NCBI RefSeq assembly: GCF_009834535.1
Contig: NC_045697.1
Location: forward strand, 98,582,001 to 98,646,000
From: Camelus ferus
Lineage: Eukaryota
Direction of reading: 5' to 3'
DNA: 64,000 nucleotides
A program made the translations under genes and the position numbers. Each line of letters begins with the position of its first letter. Within the stretch, counting starts at the first letter, position 1. This document shows positions 1 to 11,056 of the stretch, piece after piece. Below the pieces are notes generated by a model. That model was not told where the DNA came from. It ran no database searches and saw only the letters and a program-made list of their open reading frames with translations.

Positions 1-448
1 AACATGAGTCATGTGAGGTTAAATCATGGTTTAGGAATAATGGTTTGGGGTCAGTCACAGGTAACCCAGTCTCACCAAAGGCCGAGACCCATTTGAGTAC
101 CCTCTTAAATTCAGAGCACATAAACATAAAAATATAAAACACATGATTTTTTGGTAAAACCTCACAGTTTTTGTGCACCTGTGTATGCACACACATGCAC
201 GTGCAAAGTAGACCTCAAAGGTCTGGCAAAATAGATAACACATCACTCATAAATGCAGTACATCTTTGAGAGATGCGCTGTGGGTCCAAGTACAGCTGGC
301 CCGCAGACTTCTAGGAAATAGCGTCAGGTCACACTTGAAATTTCAGGCCTCTACTTTAAACTGTCACCTTTATTTTTGTCATTTTGGGGATATTGTTCTT
401 TGGGGAATGCTGGGGATGAGAGTTATTTTAAGTTAAGATCTAAAAAGC

Positions 449-1030
449 TTTACTGTATAGCACAGGGAGCTATATTAAATATCTTGTAATAACCTATAAT
501 GGAAAAGAACCTGGAAGTTATATTTATATGTATATGTATTGTGAAGGAAAAGCCGGGCTGGTCTAACAAGATAACTCGCAAATCTAAGTATTGGAATGCT
601 GATCTGAGTTCTGCTGGACTAACTTGTAAATCTAGGTTAATTAGTGTTGGTTTGCTGTTTATGTTTTTTGCTAGCCAGCTGGGTTTTCAAAGACACATAT
701 CTGGCTTTGGAATGTTGGTTTGCTGCCTCCACGCCTCCACTTTTGTGATGATAATGTTGCTAAAGCTGTTCCATGCCTATTGGCCTAATACCCTAAGCTT
801 GTACTTTACCCTATAAAACCTCATGCGCACGTCTTGGAGGTGCTCAGAGCTTCGGAGCAGAAGCCCCTCTGAGCCCGCCGGCATAATACATCTGAGTACT
901 CCAACCCTCCGAGTGGTGCTTGTTTCTTGACTGGCCTGTCGTTTCCGTAACAGTATAACTGAATCACTTTGCTGTACATCCAAAACTAACACAACATTGT
1001 AAATCAACTATACTTCAACTTTTTTAAAAA
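449..1030 (+). mobile_element. L1 3' UTR fragment (artiodactyl/camelid type), split by an LTR at 540-952
   Basis: TACTGTATAGCACAGGGAGCTATATT...ACCTATAATGGAAAAGAA runs to 539 and resumes at 953 with GTATAACTGAATCACTTTGCTGTACA...AATCAACTATACTTCAA. The same 3' end occurs at 19600-19760 and 47205-47400. Confidence 0.9.
540..952 (+). mobile_element. ERV1-type solo LTR, 413 bp
   Basis: TG...CA ends (TGTGAAGG...CGTAACA); perfect 4-bp TSD GTAT (536-539 / 953-956); TATA box CTATAAAA at about 811; cleanly interrupts an L1 3' end. Confidence 0.92.
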
Positions 1031-3380
1031 TCTAAAAAGTTTAAGTTACTTAACATGAAAAGCAGTTCTGGAACTCTTGACCAGTTCAAATACCCAAGGT
1101 TGACCAAAGCCATCAAAAGCAGTATCACCAGCAAATCACCAAGATGCTCCTTCTTTCCCTTTGCAGTTTTGAAAGCGTAAAGAAATTTTGAAATTTAGGG
1201 AGCATCTGTGGTGTAAAAGTCATGAGAGAGTTTAAACAAAACAATACCACGTGGACTTGCCCTGTTCACCAGCTCCGAGAGAACCACTCTTTAGTCAACC
1301 TTCAGGAATAAAAGGGGATGTGGCAATCACCAACGAAACACTGCTTATTGCTCCAGCCTAAACAACCTGGAAATAAAGAACTTCCTATCATAAGTCAATT
1401 ATATTTCAATTAAAAAAAAAAAAGAAGGTAAAAAGAGAAGAGTTTCCTTCATGCATCATTGATTCTCTACGTTTCCTTCACCTGGGTAATCCAATTAAAA
1501 AGTCCACACGTATGTTTCATGATTGAAAATGCCAGTTAAATCCAGAAAATGAAATTAAGTCAGTGATGCTTCCTTCACATTCAAAGGGTCTTTTCAGATG
1601 GAAATGGTGTTGAGAGGACTGGGTGTGGGAATTCCCTACATCTGCAGGAACAGATTCAAATGCTGACACCCATCTACAGTTCCGCCCTCTGCTGAGGAAA
1701 CCACTTCAGAGGCAGCCGATTTCAGTCCAGCCTCGCACCTGCACACACCCCCGGGCCATAGGGCTGGAAAAATAAAAGATTGCCACCAGTTTTATTCCTC
1801 TTTCCTCTAATGAGTTTTGAAGGGTTTATTTTTACCAAAGAAACAATGAATGCCTCTTGCATACTGTGTGTGTGGGGCTGGGGGGAGATGTCCTATCTGG
1901 AAGTAATTGAAAATATGTTTTGCAGCCACTTACAAACTCTTTTCCAAAGAGCCTCCTTTTCTAATTAACTCACAATGCTTAGCTCTGAAATTCACTGGGT
2001 AGAGAGTGACATCTAGTGTGTAGTCAAAGAATTTGAAATACATGCATTTGGGTGAAAGGCCTAAGGTCTAGGTTTATAACTTTAACTTTTACTTGCTCCC
2101 GTTCTAATACAGTAATAACTGCTAGGTGGAAATGTAAGGCTGGCCTCATCGAAGTTTCAAGAAGTTCTGAAATTATGAGACAGACTCTTTTCTCTGGATA
2201 TTTAGAAAATTTTGGATGTTTTAAGGCACATTTTGGCTAAAGAAACATGCTGATCCTAAAAGCAATTTGTATGGGGACAAGGTAAGGTCACAACACCTGA
2301 GAGATGAAATATGGCTTTTCCCTGAGGTCAAAAAAAAGTAATTTTCACTTTAAAGTTACAGTGAAAGGGATCAGTGGTGGTCAGCCGCCCCTGAACACTA
2401 GTAGCTTGTCCTCGTGGCAATTTTTCCGGGCTAGGCAGGTGGACAGTTCGAACCTAATGCAGGAGGAAGCGGTCACTGCCAATGTCACTGACATGCGGAT
2501 ACCTCACGTGCACCACAGTCTGTGCAGCAGTGACTTGGGTGGAGCAAGGCAAGGGCCTTCCTCGAAATGTAAATCAAGTGCTAATGTAGTGACTCAGCAG
2601 AGGAGGGGATCCTATAGAAGGAACAGAAACGATTTGGTTGCGATGATCAAATTATGAATAAAATTTCTGACATGTACAAATGGGAACAAAGGACATTCCA
2701 GGCCAAGGAAACCCCATGAGCAAAAACAGATATGAACAGTTTTGAGTACAGCCCTGCTTTTATTGAACAGTAAGTGGTATATTCTGACCCAGATGCAAGG
2801 CACATATGGAGGAGACACAGAAGGTGATGTTGACTGGCAGCATGCCAATGGAGAAATTTCTATAAGGTCCTTGGTGCCTCATATCAACACTATTTACTAA
2901 AGATGCATGCCTGCATTCTCTGATGCACAAAGCCCATAAAAGGAGCATGAAGCAAAGCAGAAAAGCTAGTGTACAGTCACTTATGACAATTAAAAGAGGT
3001 AAGTCCAGGTCCATCACTGCCACGGTCATTGCAGAGCCCAGGCATCCCCTGCTAACATCCATCACTAAGAATGAGCGATGTGCAGGGTCGTGTCTCCCCC
3101 ATGACCACTCCTCACCTCTAGATTTAAAGAGAAGGATATTAGATATTCCACAGGAGGAACTTGAGCATTTCTTCACAGGGGGGATTATCGTCTTTAACCT
3201 TATCTATTCCACCAGTAAGGCAAAAATCTTTCTAACTAGATACGCATCAGTAGCCTGACCATATCTGCTTGCTTAAGCAGGGATTACTCCATTCAAAATA
3301 GTCCCCTGTTCTCAGTAAGTTATCTTTGGATACGGTAAGGGAGACAAGAAATACTATCCAATTGAAAAATGGCTGGGGGT

Positions 3381-3461
3381 GGGGGACTGGACACAGCTCA
3401 GTGGTAGAGCAGATATTTAGCATGAATGAGGTCCTGGGTTCAACCACCAGTACCTCCATGA
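3381..3461 (+). mobile_element. Vic-1-type tRNA-derived SINE
   Basis: A box (AGCTCAGTGGTAGAGC) and B box (GGTTCAACC), then CAGTACCTCCAT; tail is an (AAGG)n tract. Confidence 0.85.
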
Positions 3462-3529
3462 AAGGAAGGAAGGAAGGAAGGAAGGAAGGAAGGAAGGAAG
3501 GAAGGAAGGAAGGAAGGAAGGAAGGAAGG
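3462..3529. repeat. (AAGG)17 microsatellite (SINE tail)
   Basis: Read directly. Confidence 0.97.
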
Positions 3530-4050
3530 GCTGAGCCCTGTCAAATCTGTTTGACTTGTCTTTTCCCATTTCTAAGGACAGAAGGCCCTTTCTTCTTTAA
3601 GGCAATGGAATAGGACATTTGAAAGCTGGTATCCAATCATGAAATGAGGGTACTTGGGAGAGATCCTGAAGTCTCAAGTTAGCATTGTACTACCTTTATA
3701 ATTTGTTAATTCAACACTTGAGGTATCCATTACACTCAAGCAGCTCCAAAGATTCATGATATGTAATCATTTGTTATTTAGTGAGATACAAACTTGAATT
3801 AAGCCTGCTGTGAGGTTCAACATGTGTATCAGGTTCTACCAGAGAAAGAGACAGAGATTTATTTCAAAGATGTGGCTGATGAAATTATGGGGACTGGCTA
3901 GGCAAGTTGGAAATCCAAAGAGCAGGCCAGCAAGCTGGAAAGTCACTATAGTCCTTATGCAAACATCAGTTTCACTCTTAAAGCCTTTCATTTCACTGAA
4001 TTAGGCCCATTCAGATATCAAGAACGATATCCTTAAAATCAAATGATTGT

Positions 4051-5605
4051 GCACCTGAAAAGATGCTCAGCATCACTAACCATCAGGGAAATGCAAATCA
4101 AAACCACAACAAAGTATCATCTCACACCTATTGGAATGGCTATTATCAAAAGGACAAGAAACAACAAGTATTGGCCAAGATTTGGAGAACAGGGAACACT
4201 TGTGCACTGTTGGTGAGAATGTAAATTGGTGCAGCCACTATGGAAAACAGTATGAAGATTCCTCAAAAAGTTAAAAATTGCTATATGATCCAGCAATTCC
4301 ACTCCTGGGTATGTATCCAAAGAAAACAAAAATACAAATTAGAAAAGATATCTGCACTCCTATGTTCATGGCAGCATTATTTTCAATAGCCAAGATATGA
4401 AAGCAACCAAGTGTCTCATCAATAGATGAAAGGATAAAGAAGACGTCAGATATATAGATACAGATATATAGATATATAGATATACAATGGAATATTACTC
4501 AGCCATAAAAAAGAATGAAATCTTGCCATTTGTGACAACATGGATAGACCTAGAGAGTATTATGCTAAGGGAAATAAGTCAGAAAAAGACAAATACTGTA
4601 TGATTTCACTTATATGTGTAGTCTAAAGAACAAAACAAATGAACAAACATAACAAAACAGAAACAGACTTATAGGTACAGAGAACAGATGGTTACCAGAG
4701 GAAGGGGAGGTGGGGGAAGGAAAGAAATAGATGAGAGACATTAAGAGGTATAAACTTCTAGTTGCAAAATAAATGAGTCACAGGTATGAAATGTACAGTG
4801 TGGGGAATACTGTCAATAACAAAATAACATCTTCGTATGGTGACATATTGTTACTAGACTTATCTTGGTGATCATCTTGAAATGTCTAGGAAAAACTCAC
4901 TACATTGTGTAACGGGAACTAATGTAGTGTTATAAGTCAATTACACTTCAAAAAACAAACTTACAGAAAAAGAGATCGGATTTGTGATTACCAGAGGGGT
5001 GGGGATGGGGAATTGGATAAAGGCAGTCAAAAGGTACTATAAACTTCAGTTATAAGATAAATAAGTATTAGGGATATAATGTACAACATGATAAATATAA
5101 TTAACACAGATGTATGTTATATATGAAAGAGAGTAAATCCAGAGTTCTCACGACCAAAAAAAATTTTTTTCTCTTTAATCTTGTGTTTCTAAGAGATGAT
5201 GGATGTTCACTAAACTTATTGTGATAATCATTCTATGGTGTGTGTAAATCAAATTATTATCCTGTACACCATAAACTTTTTTTCTCTTCTTCCAGTTTTA
5301 TTGAACTATAATTGACATACAGCACTGCATAGGTTTAAGGTGTACAGCATAATGATTTGATTTACATACATCATGAAGAGATTATCACAATAAGTTTAGT
5401 AAACATTCATCATCTCTTATAGGTACAAAATTAAAGAGAGACAAGAAAACTTTTTTCTCCTGATGCGAACTCTTAGAATTTACTGTCTTAACTTTCATAT
5501 GTAACATACAGCAGTGTTAATTGTACTTACCATGTTGTACACACTTTAAACTTGTACAGTGCTGTCTGTCAATTGTATCTCAATAAAACTGGAAGAAAAA
5601 GAAAT
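4051..5605 (+). mobile_element. 5'-truncated L1 (ORF2 C-terminus plus 3' UTR)
   Basis: GAAAAGATGCTCAGCATCACTAACCATCAGGGAAATGCAAATCAAAACCAC... ending CTCAATAAAACTGGAAGAAAAAG. 16-bp TSD AAAATCAAATGATTGT / AAAGTCAACTGATTGT (4035-4050 / 5606-5621) at a TT|AAAA site. Confidence 0.93.
5279..5541 (-). mobile_element. Antisense L1 3'-end fragment nested in the 3' UTR of the same L1 family
   Basis: Its reverse complement matches host 5080-5278 plus 5542-5600; degenerate TSD CACCATAAACTT / CACTTTAAACTT. Confidence 0.88.
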
Positions 5606-5877
5606 AAAGTCAACTGATTGTATATGTTAATCACATCTGCATAGCAACATCTAGAGTAGTGTTTGAATAACTAGTACTATAACCTAGCCAAGTTAATACC
5701 TAAAACCAGCCATCACACATTTGTTGACATCTACTACATGTTAGGGAGAGTACCAACAAGCAGACTGCAAAGATAGAAAACAACTGTCTTTAACCCTGTT
5801 TGGGTTCGTGGAAGCACAGAAAAGAAGGTGAATTCTGCTGCAGGAGAGGACTCAGGGCTGGGAAAACCATGCAAATT

Positions 5878-6088
5878 TTAGTCAAGAGCTGGGTTCAAAT
5901 TCTGGCTCTGGCACTCACTTCCTAAGTGCCTTCCTTATGCCTTTATTTCTTCAGTGGTAAATGAGGATAATAATAGTACCTATCTCATATCTGCTGTGAA
6001 ACTTAAAAGACAAAAACCACGTGCAGTGCTTAGAACAGTACCAGGCCTGTAACAAGCGCTTAATTACTAGCTGTCATCATTATTATTA
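5878..6088 (+). mobile_element. MIR SINE
   Basis: CTGGGTTCAAATTCTGGCTCTG...TAAATGAGGATAATAATAGTACCTATCTCATA...GTGCTTAGAACAGTACCAGGC. Confidence 0.85.
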
Positions 6089-6124
6089 GTTGCTCTGAGA
6101 CTTCAAGGGTGAGTAGACTAGTCC

Positions 6125-6365
6125 AGGACAGGAAGGGCATTCCAGACGTATGAAACAGTCAGAGCAATGGCACAGAGGCATGAACATACCTGTCACATCT
6201 GGAGAAGTGTAATTAATACAGCGTAGCCAGGGCATGGAGAGTGGGGAGGAAAGACTAGATGTGAAGGGTTGGTTAGAGTCAGCTGGCGTGAGAAGCATTG
6301 ATTATTATGTAAAAGAGTTTGCACTTTTTCCTGGCAATAAGAGGAGCCAGTAAAGTTTTTCTTAT
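6125..6365 (-). mobile_element. L2 fragment
   Basis: GGAAGGGCATTCCAG...AGAGTTTGCACTTTTTCCTGGCAATAAGAGGAGCCAGTAAAG resembles the antisense L2 body. Confidence 0.6.
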
Positions 6366-6369
6366 GCAA

Positions 6370-6376
6370 AATAATA

Positions 6377-6426
<50 letters not shown>
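6370..6426. repeat. (AAT)n microsatellite
   Basis: Read directly. Confidence 0.95.
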
Positions 6427-6430
<4 letters not shown>

Positions 6431-6713
6431 CATAATCAAGTCTATGAATGGAATGCTCAGGTTTCATTTGCTTAAGAGCATAAACGAGGCCACATTTGAA
6501 AAACTACTCCACGTCTTAACATTCTGAGCACTCACTGCTTGAGTAACAGGAAGTCCAGTCTTTTCCCAGGGTTCCTCTTTCTGTATATTTCCAAAAACCC
6601 TCCAGGGTGATTTACATGAGTTTTTCAATCAATTCTGGTAGCAACTTACTGTCACCATGACCGGTGATGCAAGAACCCACACATATCCCTTAAGGGAGGA
6701 CTTTACCTCTATT

Positions 6714-6847
6714 TTTTTTTTTAGGTTTTTTTGGGGGGAGGGTAGTCAGTTTATTTATTTATTTATTTTTAGAGGGGGTACTGGGGATTGAACACAGGAC
6801 TTCATACATGCTAAACATGTGCTTTACAATGAGTTGTACCCTCCCCC
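6714..6847 (-). mobile_element. Vic-1-type SINE
   Basis: Reverse-complemented SINE; 17-bp TSD AGGACTTTACCTCTATT / AGGACTGTACCACTATT (6697-6713 / 6848-6864). Confidence 0.92.
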
Positions 6848-6878
6848 AGGACTGTACCACTATTAAGAGAAATCTGCA

Positions 6879-6966
6879 GGGGAAGAGTATAGCTCAGAGG
6901 AAGAGTGCGTGCTTAGCATGCATGAGGTCCTGGATTCAATCCCCAGTACCTCCATTTAAAAAAAAA
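6879..6966 (+). mobile_element. Vic-1-type SINE
   Basis: GGGGAAGAGTATAGCTCAGAGGAAGAGTGCGTGCTTAGCATGCATGAGGTCCTGGATTCAATCCCCAGTACC plus poly(A). Confidence 0.92.
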
Positions 6967-7090
6967 GGGGGAGTGGGGGAGATCTACTGTAACCACTACC
7001 ACCTCAGCCCCGGATAGAATCAGGAGGTCCTTTCTGAAGAGAGAGAAAGCTCACTGCAAGGGTGTCCAATGTCAAAAGCATCTGGATCCC

Positions 7091-7172
7091 TAAAGAAGTT
7101 GTGGTATATTTATACAATGGAATATTATTCGGCCATAAAAAGAACAGTGCCATTTGCAGCAACATGGATTGA

Positions 7173-7232
<60 letters not shown>

Positions 7233-7458
7233 ACCACATCTTCTTTATCCAATCATTGGTCAATGGATATTTAGGTTGCTTCCACATCTTAGCTATTGTA
7301 AATAGTGCTACTACGAACATTGGGGTACATGTATCTCTTTGAATTAGACTTTCCTCCAGATGTATGCCCAGGAGTGGGATTGCTGGATCATAAGGTAAGT
7401 CTATTTTCAGTTTTTTAAGGAATGTCTGTTTTCCATAATGGCTGCACCAAACTACATT
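7091..7458. mobile_element. Two opposite-orientation L1 fragments (7091-7174 +, 7231-7458 -) joined at a (GT)28 tract
   Basis: The + piece encodes [16 protein letters not shown]; the - piece encodes MFVVALFTIAKMWKQPKYP (L1 ORF2 C-terminal motifs). Confidence 0.88.
7175..7230. repeat. (GT)28 microsatellite
   Basis: Read directly. Confidence 0.98.
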
Positions 7459-8398
7459 TGAAGGGGATACTTTTAATAATTCTGCTGTGACAACAGAAAA
7501 CCAGCCGTGTGGTAGTGCTTGCTGGAACCTAAAACTCCAGCTGCAAGCGAGTCTGGGAATTATTTTTAGCTTTCCAGCCTCTGCAGTAAAGGAAGAAGAC
7601 AGGCTAGGAAAAGGGTTGCAGTAGGTGTTTAGTAAATATTAGAGAGTTCAGGGATAAACATATTCCAAGAAGATTATCAAGTAAGTATTATAATAATTAT
7701 GTTACAAGCAATAAAAAGAGCCTCTATGTAAACTAGAAATTGTTTTGAGCTGGCTTTGTTGTAGGGACTCTTCAGTTTCTGTACTATAGAGCACCCCCTG
7801 CAGGGAAAACTAAAAGCCTGGGGAAGATAACATTTTATCAGGGGTGATTCTCACCCATTCTTGCCACTCTGAGCTTCAGAATCTCCGTGCTAAACCTAGT
7901 CCTGTCCAAGCAGCTCTATGTTACAAGGACCGAAGTTGGAATTTTATGAAGATGACAAATGGATTTGCACTACAATGAAAACTGTATACATAGTTAGTTA
8001 TACAATGACCTGTAAGGGTTATCATGGAAGTTTCTGGGCTCAATCTCCAATTCCTCTTCACTGAGGAGTTGGTTATTGCCACTGAACCCCAGTGGCTAAG
8101 AGATTCATTCCGCTTCATTCTGTAGCCTTCTTTTCAGTATTTTACCTTGTTCTTATCCTCTAGGAGACATCTAGTTCTTGCTCCAAAGCCCTTTTTCACT
8201 AACCACAGAGACTTTGAGGCCCTTGTTTTGTAAGGAGGTAATATTTTGCAAGTATCATACCTCTGTAGGCAATTTCCTTCTTTAAATTATATGCTGTAGC
8301 CTCCCCATCCCCGGAGACATCACTGAGACTTAAGGCCCCAGAGCAAGAGAGAAGAGAGATTTGGTGGCAAGACTTTGAGCTCGAAAGACGAGTTTAGG

Positions 8399-8605
8399 CA
8401 GTCCTGCCCAAGCTATCAATGGGTCACCACTCGCATTTTAAGTGGGACAGTGATTCATTTTGGGGACTGTCACGGGCATACCCCCACCTCGCTGAATGCC
8501 GGTAGCACGCTACAGTTAGGTTTGCAATTAAAAAAAGAAAAAACTGCTCCCAATCTTTTCCAAATACCTCTTAGGGAGATGGGAATTCCCCGCCCCGAGA
8601 ACTAC
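8399..8605. mobile_element. MER20/MER20B-like hAT DNA transposon fossil
   Basis: CATTTTAAGTGGGACAGTG...GGGGACTGTC...ATGCCGGTAGCAC...TTTCCAAATACCTCTTAGGG...CCCCGAGAACTAC follows the MER20 layout. Confidence 0.6.
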
Positions 8606-9795
8606 AAAGACAAAGAGATTTCTTCAATGTCTTTAGCTAACACAAAGCCAGGTTGACACAGAGAGAGTCAGCGTTTCGTCTGTAGCAGAGCAGCTCCTTC
8701 GCTGAGACCTACTAAAAGTCAGCCCTCAACACAAAGGTTTGCTTTATATATAATTTAAAAAAAAAAAAAAAAAAAAAAGCTAAGTTGACTCAACACAGCC
8801 CAGGATTCCTCGCAATGTGTATGGAATGAGACCCCAGGGGTTTGAGAGGGCCAGGCCTAGGATGATCGCCTCATCCCAGTTTTCCCAGGACTGATCTGGT
8901 TTCAACAGCAAATCCTTCAGGTTCAGGCAAACCAGGGGCGTTGATCACCCTGACTCGGCCATAGGGCTCACTGTCCAACTGGACAGGAGGAGACAAGAGA
9001 AATGCTAGCTTTTTCCGGTCTGGGGGAACTGTCAGGAGAAAAAGGGGACATAGAATCGGACAGAAGGAAGTACACCCAGGGTCACTGCTTTCCCTCTTTC
9101 CCCAACCACACCCCAGGCCCCTCCCTGGAGCCCCAAAGGCCTTAGAAACACCCAAATTGGTGTGAGGCACTCAAGGGCAGGGCTTCTCCCCTGCTTGCTC
9201 AGTAGGAAGCCTTTTCCAGTTGGTTACCCAGCCCAGCCCAGCCCTGGGGCAGCCACATCCAGTGCATCACCCTATCTGTAAAAAGAGGGAGGAAGAGATT
9301 TCCTCACTGGCCCGTATTTACTCTCTTAAAATAACTCCTTTAAGTTCTGTCCCTTGCACTTTTCAGAACTTTTCTTCAAACTCTGGGGAACTGACAATTA
9401 AAATTTTTTTCAAATGTGGAGTCATAGCCATCAGGATAGTAGGAGTCATCAACAGGGACAGTGATTCTGTGACAAGCAGACCTGCCTCATTCCTCTCCTC
9501 TGCAGCCGGCTGCAAGGTGTTAGGAAACCCGCTGTACTGGTTGGTGAGGGCGCCAGGAAAGCACCACAGGCAGGAGGCCAGAAGTCCAGCAGCAAGGAGT
9601 CGACAGGGATGGTTTCTTCTGAGGGCCTCTCTCCTGGCCTGTAGACGGCCGTCTTCTGCCTGTGTCCCCACATGGTCTTCCCTCCATACAGGCCTTGGTC
9701 TAATTGTCTTCTTTTTATAAGGACATCAGTCATATTGGATTAGAGCTCACCCCAATGACCTCATCTCTATGAGCTCCTAAGTCACCTACTTCCCA

Positions 9796-10280
9796 GGTGG
9801 GTGAAATGTGTGAGGGCATCAAAAGGTACAAACTTACAGTTATAAAACAAATAAGTCATGGGGATGGAAAGTACAGCATGGTGACTAGAGTTAACAATGC
9901 ATACTGTATTGCATATTCGAAAGTTGCTAAGGTGGGGTGGGTATAGCTCAGGGGTAGAGCATGTGCTTAGCATGCACAAGGTCCTGGGTTCAATTCCCAG
10001 TACCTCTGTTAGAAAAAGAAAAAGAAAAAGAAAAAGAAAAGTTGCTAAGAAAGTAAATCTTAAAAATTCTGATTACAAAAAAAAAAATTTCTAACTATGT
10101 GTGGTGCCAGATGTTAATTAGACTTACTGTGGTAACATATCACAATAGATACATATATCGAATCATTATGTTGTATACCTGAAACTAATATAACACTGTA
10201 GGTCAATTATACCTCAATTTTAAAAGAAAGAAAAATATTGCTAAGCCAAAACCTAAAAAAAAAAAAAAAATTAAATAAAA
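9796..10280 (+). mobile_element. L1 3' UTR fragment nested in MLT1
   Basis: CAAAAGGTACAAACTTACAGTTATAAAACAAATAAGTCATGGGGATG...GAATCATTATGTTGTATACCTGAAACTAATATAAC...TCAATTATACCTCAATT, then an A-rich tail. Confidence 0.88.
9932..10037 (+). mobile_element. Vic-1-type SINE nested in L1
   Basis: SINE body plus (AGAAAA)n tail; 12-bp TSD AAAGTTGCTAAG (9920-9931 / 10038-10049). Confidence 0.93.
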
Positions 10281-10577
10281 ATTCACCGAACTCCTAAATA
10301 AGGTCACACTTTGGGGTTCTGAGGGTCAGAATTCAACATATAAATTTATCAGGAACATAATTCAGGCCATAACACTCATCTCCCTGGACTTGGCATTCTT
10401 TCCTCCACCCTCAGGTCTTTGGGTCCATCTTCCCTGAAGATCACAGAGCCCGGAAGAGAGTCCTTAAGATAGCACCATTCATAACTCATTGTTTTGATTA
10501 TTATCTCCAGCTGCTGCTCTTAGCTGTTGGGGATGTCAGTGTGTCCAAGACAAGCTCTCTTTAAGGAAAACCTAGAA

Positions 10578-10711
10578 CAGCAGTTCTCAAAGATTTTGGA
10601 AAAGGTAAGTAACATGTTAGTATTATTATAAAAATAATTTTGACCTCATGGACTCTCTGAAATGGTCTCCGGGAATCCCAAGTGATCCTGGACATCCTTA
10701 AAGAACAATTG
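10578..10711. mobile_element. hAT-Charlie-type DNA transposon remnant, internally deleted
   Basis: TIR-like ends CAGCAGTTCTCAAAG and TAAAGAACAATTG; internal TTAGTATTATTATAAAAATAATTTTGACCTCATGGAC. Confidence 0.55.
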
Positions 10712-11056
10712 CTAAAACCCATGTGGGGATGTGTTCACCTTCTAGTTGTTCTTGACTGCTACTCCCCCTTGGCCAGTCCTGGCCTTCTCTGCGAGGTTAA
10801 AGGGACACCTTGCCCAAACCCTACCCACCACAGAAACATAGAGCAAGGCCCACTTTCTAAGAGCTATGTTTGCAGGTTGGCCAAAAGGCCCTGGGTCTCA
10901 GGAGACAGCACAAGGCAGGACTAGACATGAATAGACATTAAACAAGGCCAGGAAGCCTCCTGGCTCTGTCCTCCACAATGAGATCACTTCATCCTGGTAT
11001 TCCCACAGGTGAGTCAACAACTCCCCACATTAGGTAAATGATAGTAAACAAGGCTG

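Larger units (their letters stand above)
3825..5717 (-). mobile_element. MLT2 (ERVL) LTR in two pieces (3825-4050, 5606-5717) split by L1
   Basis: TGTATCAGGTTCTACCAGAGAAA and GCCAAGTTAATACCTAAAACCAGCCATCACA match the reverse-complemented MLT2 termini. Confidence 0.75.
9533..10374 (-). mobile_element. MLT1A/B/C-type MaLR LTR split by an L1 (9796-10280)
   Basis: GGAGGCCAGAAGTCC...TTATAAGGACATCAGTCATATTGGATTAG; resumes at AATAAGGTCACA...AATTCAGGCCATAACA. Confidence 0.85.

Noticed and set aside
2304..3258. Cluster of 78-138 aa ORFs on both strands
   Set aside because: No homology I recognise; lengths are compatible with chance.
6879..6955. tRNA-like sequences with A and B boxes
   Set aside because: All are SINE heads with A-rich tails or TSDs, not tRNA genes.
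9220..9720. Longest ORF (166 aa, +)
   Set aside because: Starts at a non-ATG codon, runs into an MLT1 LTR and has no recognisable domain.
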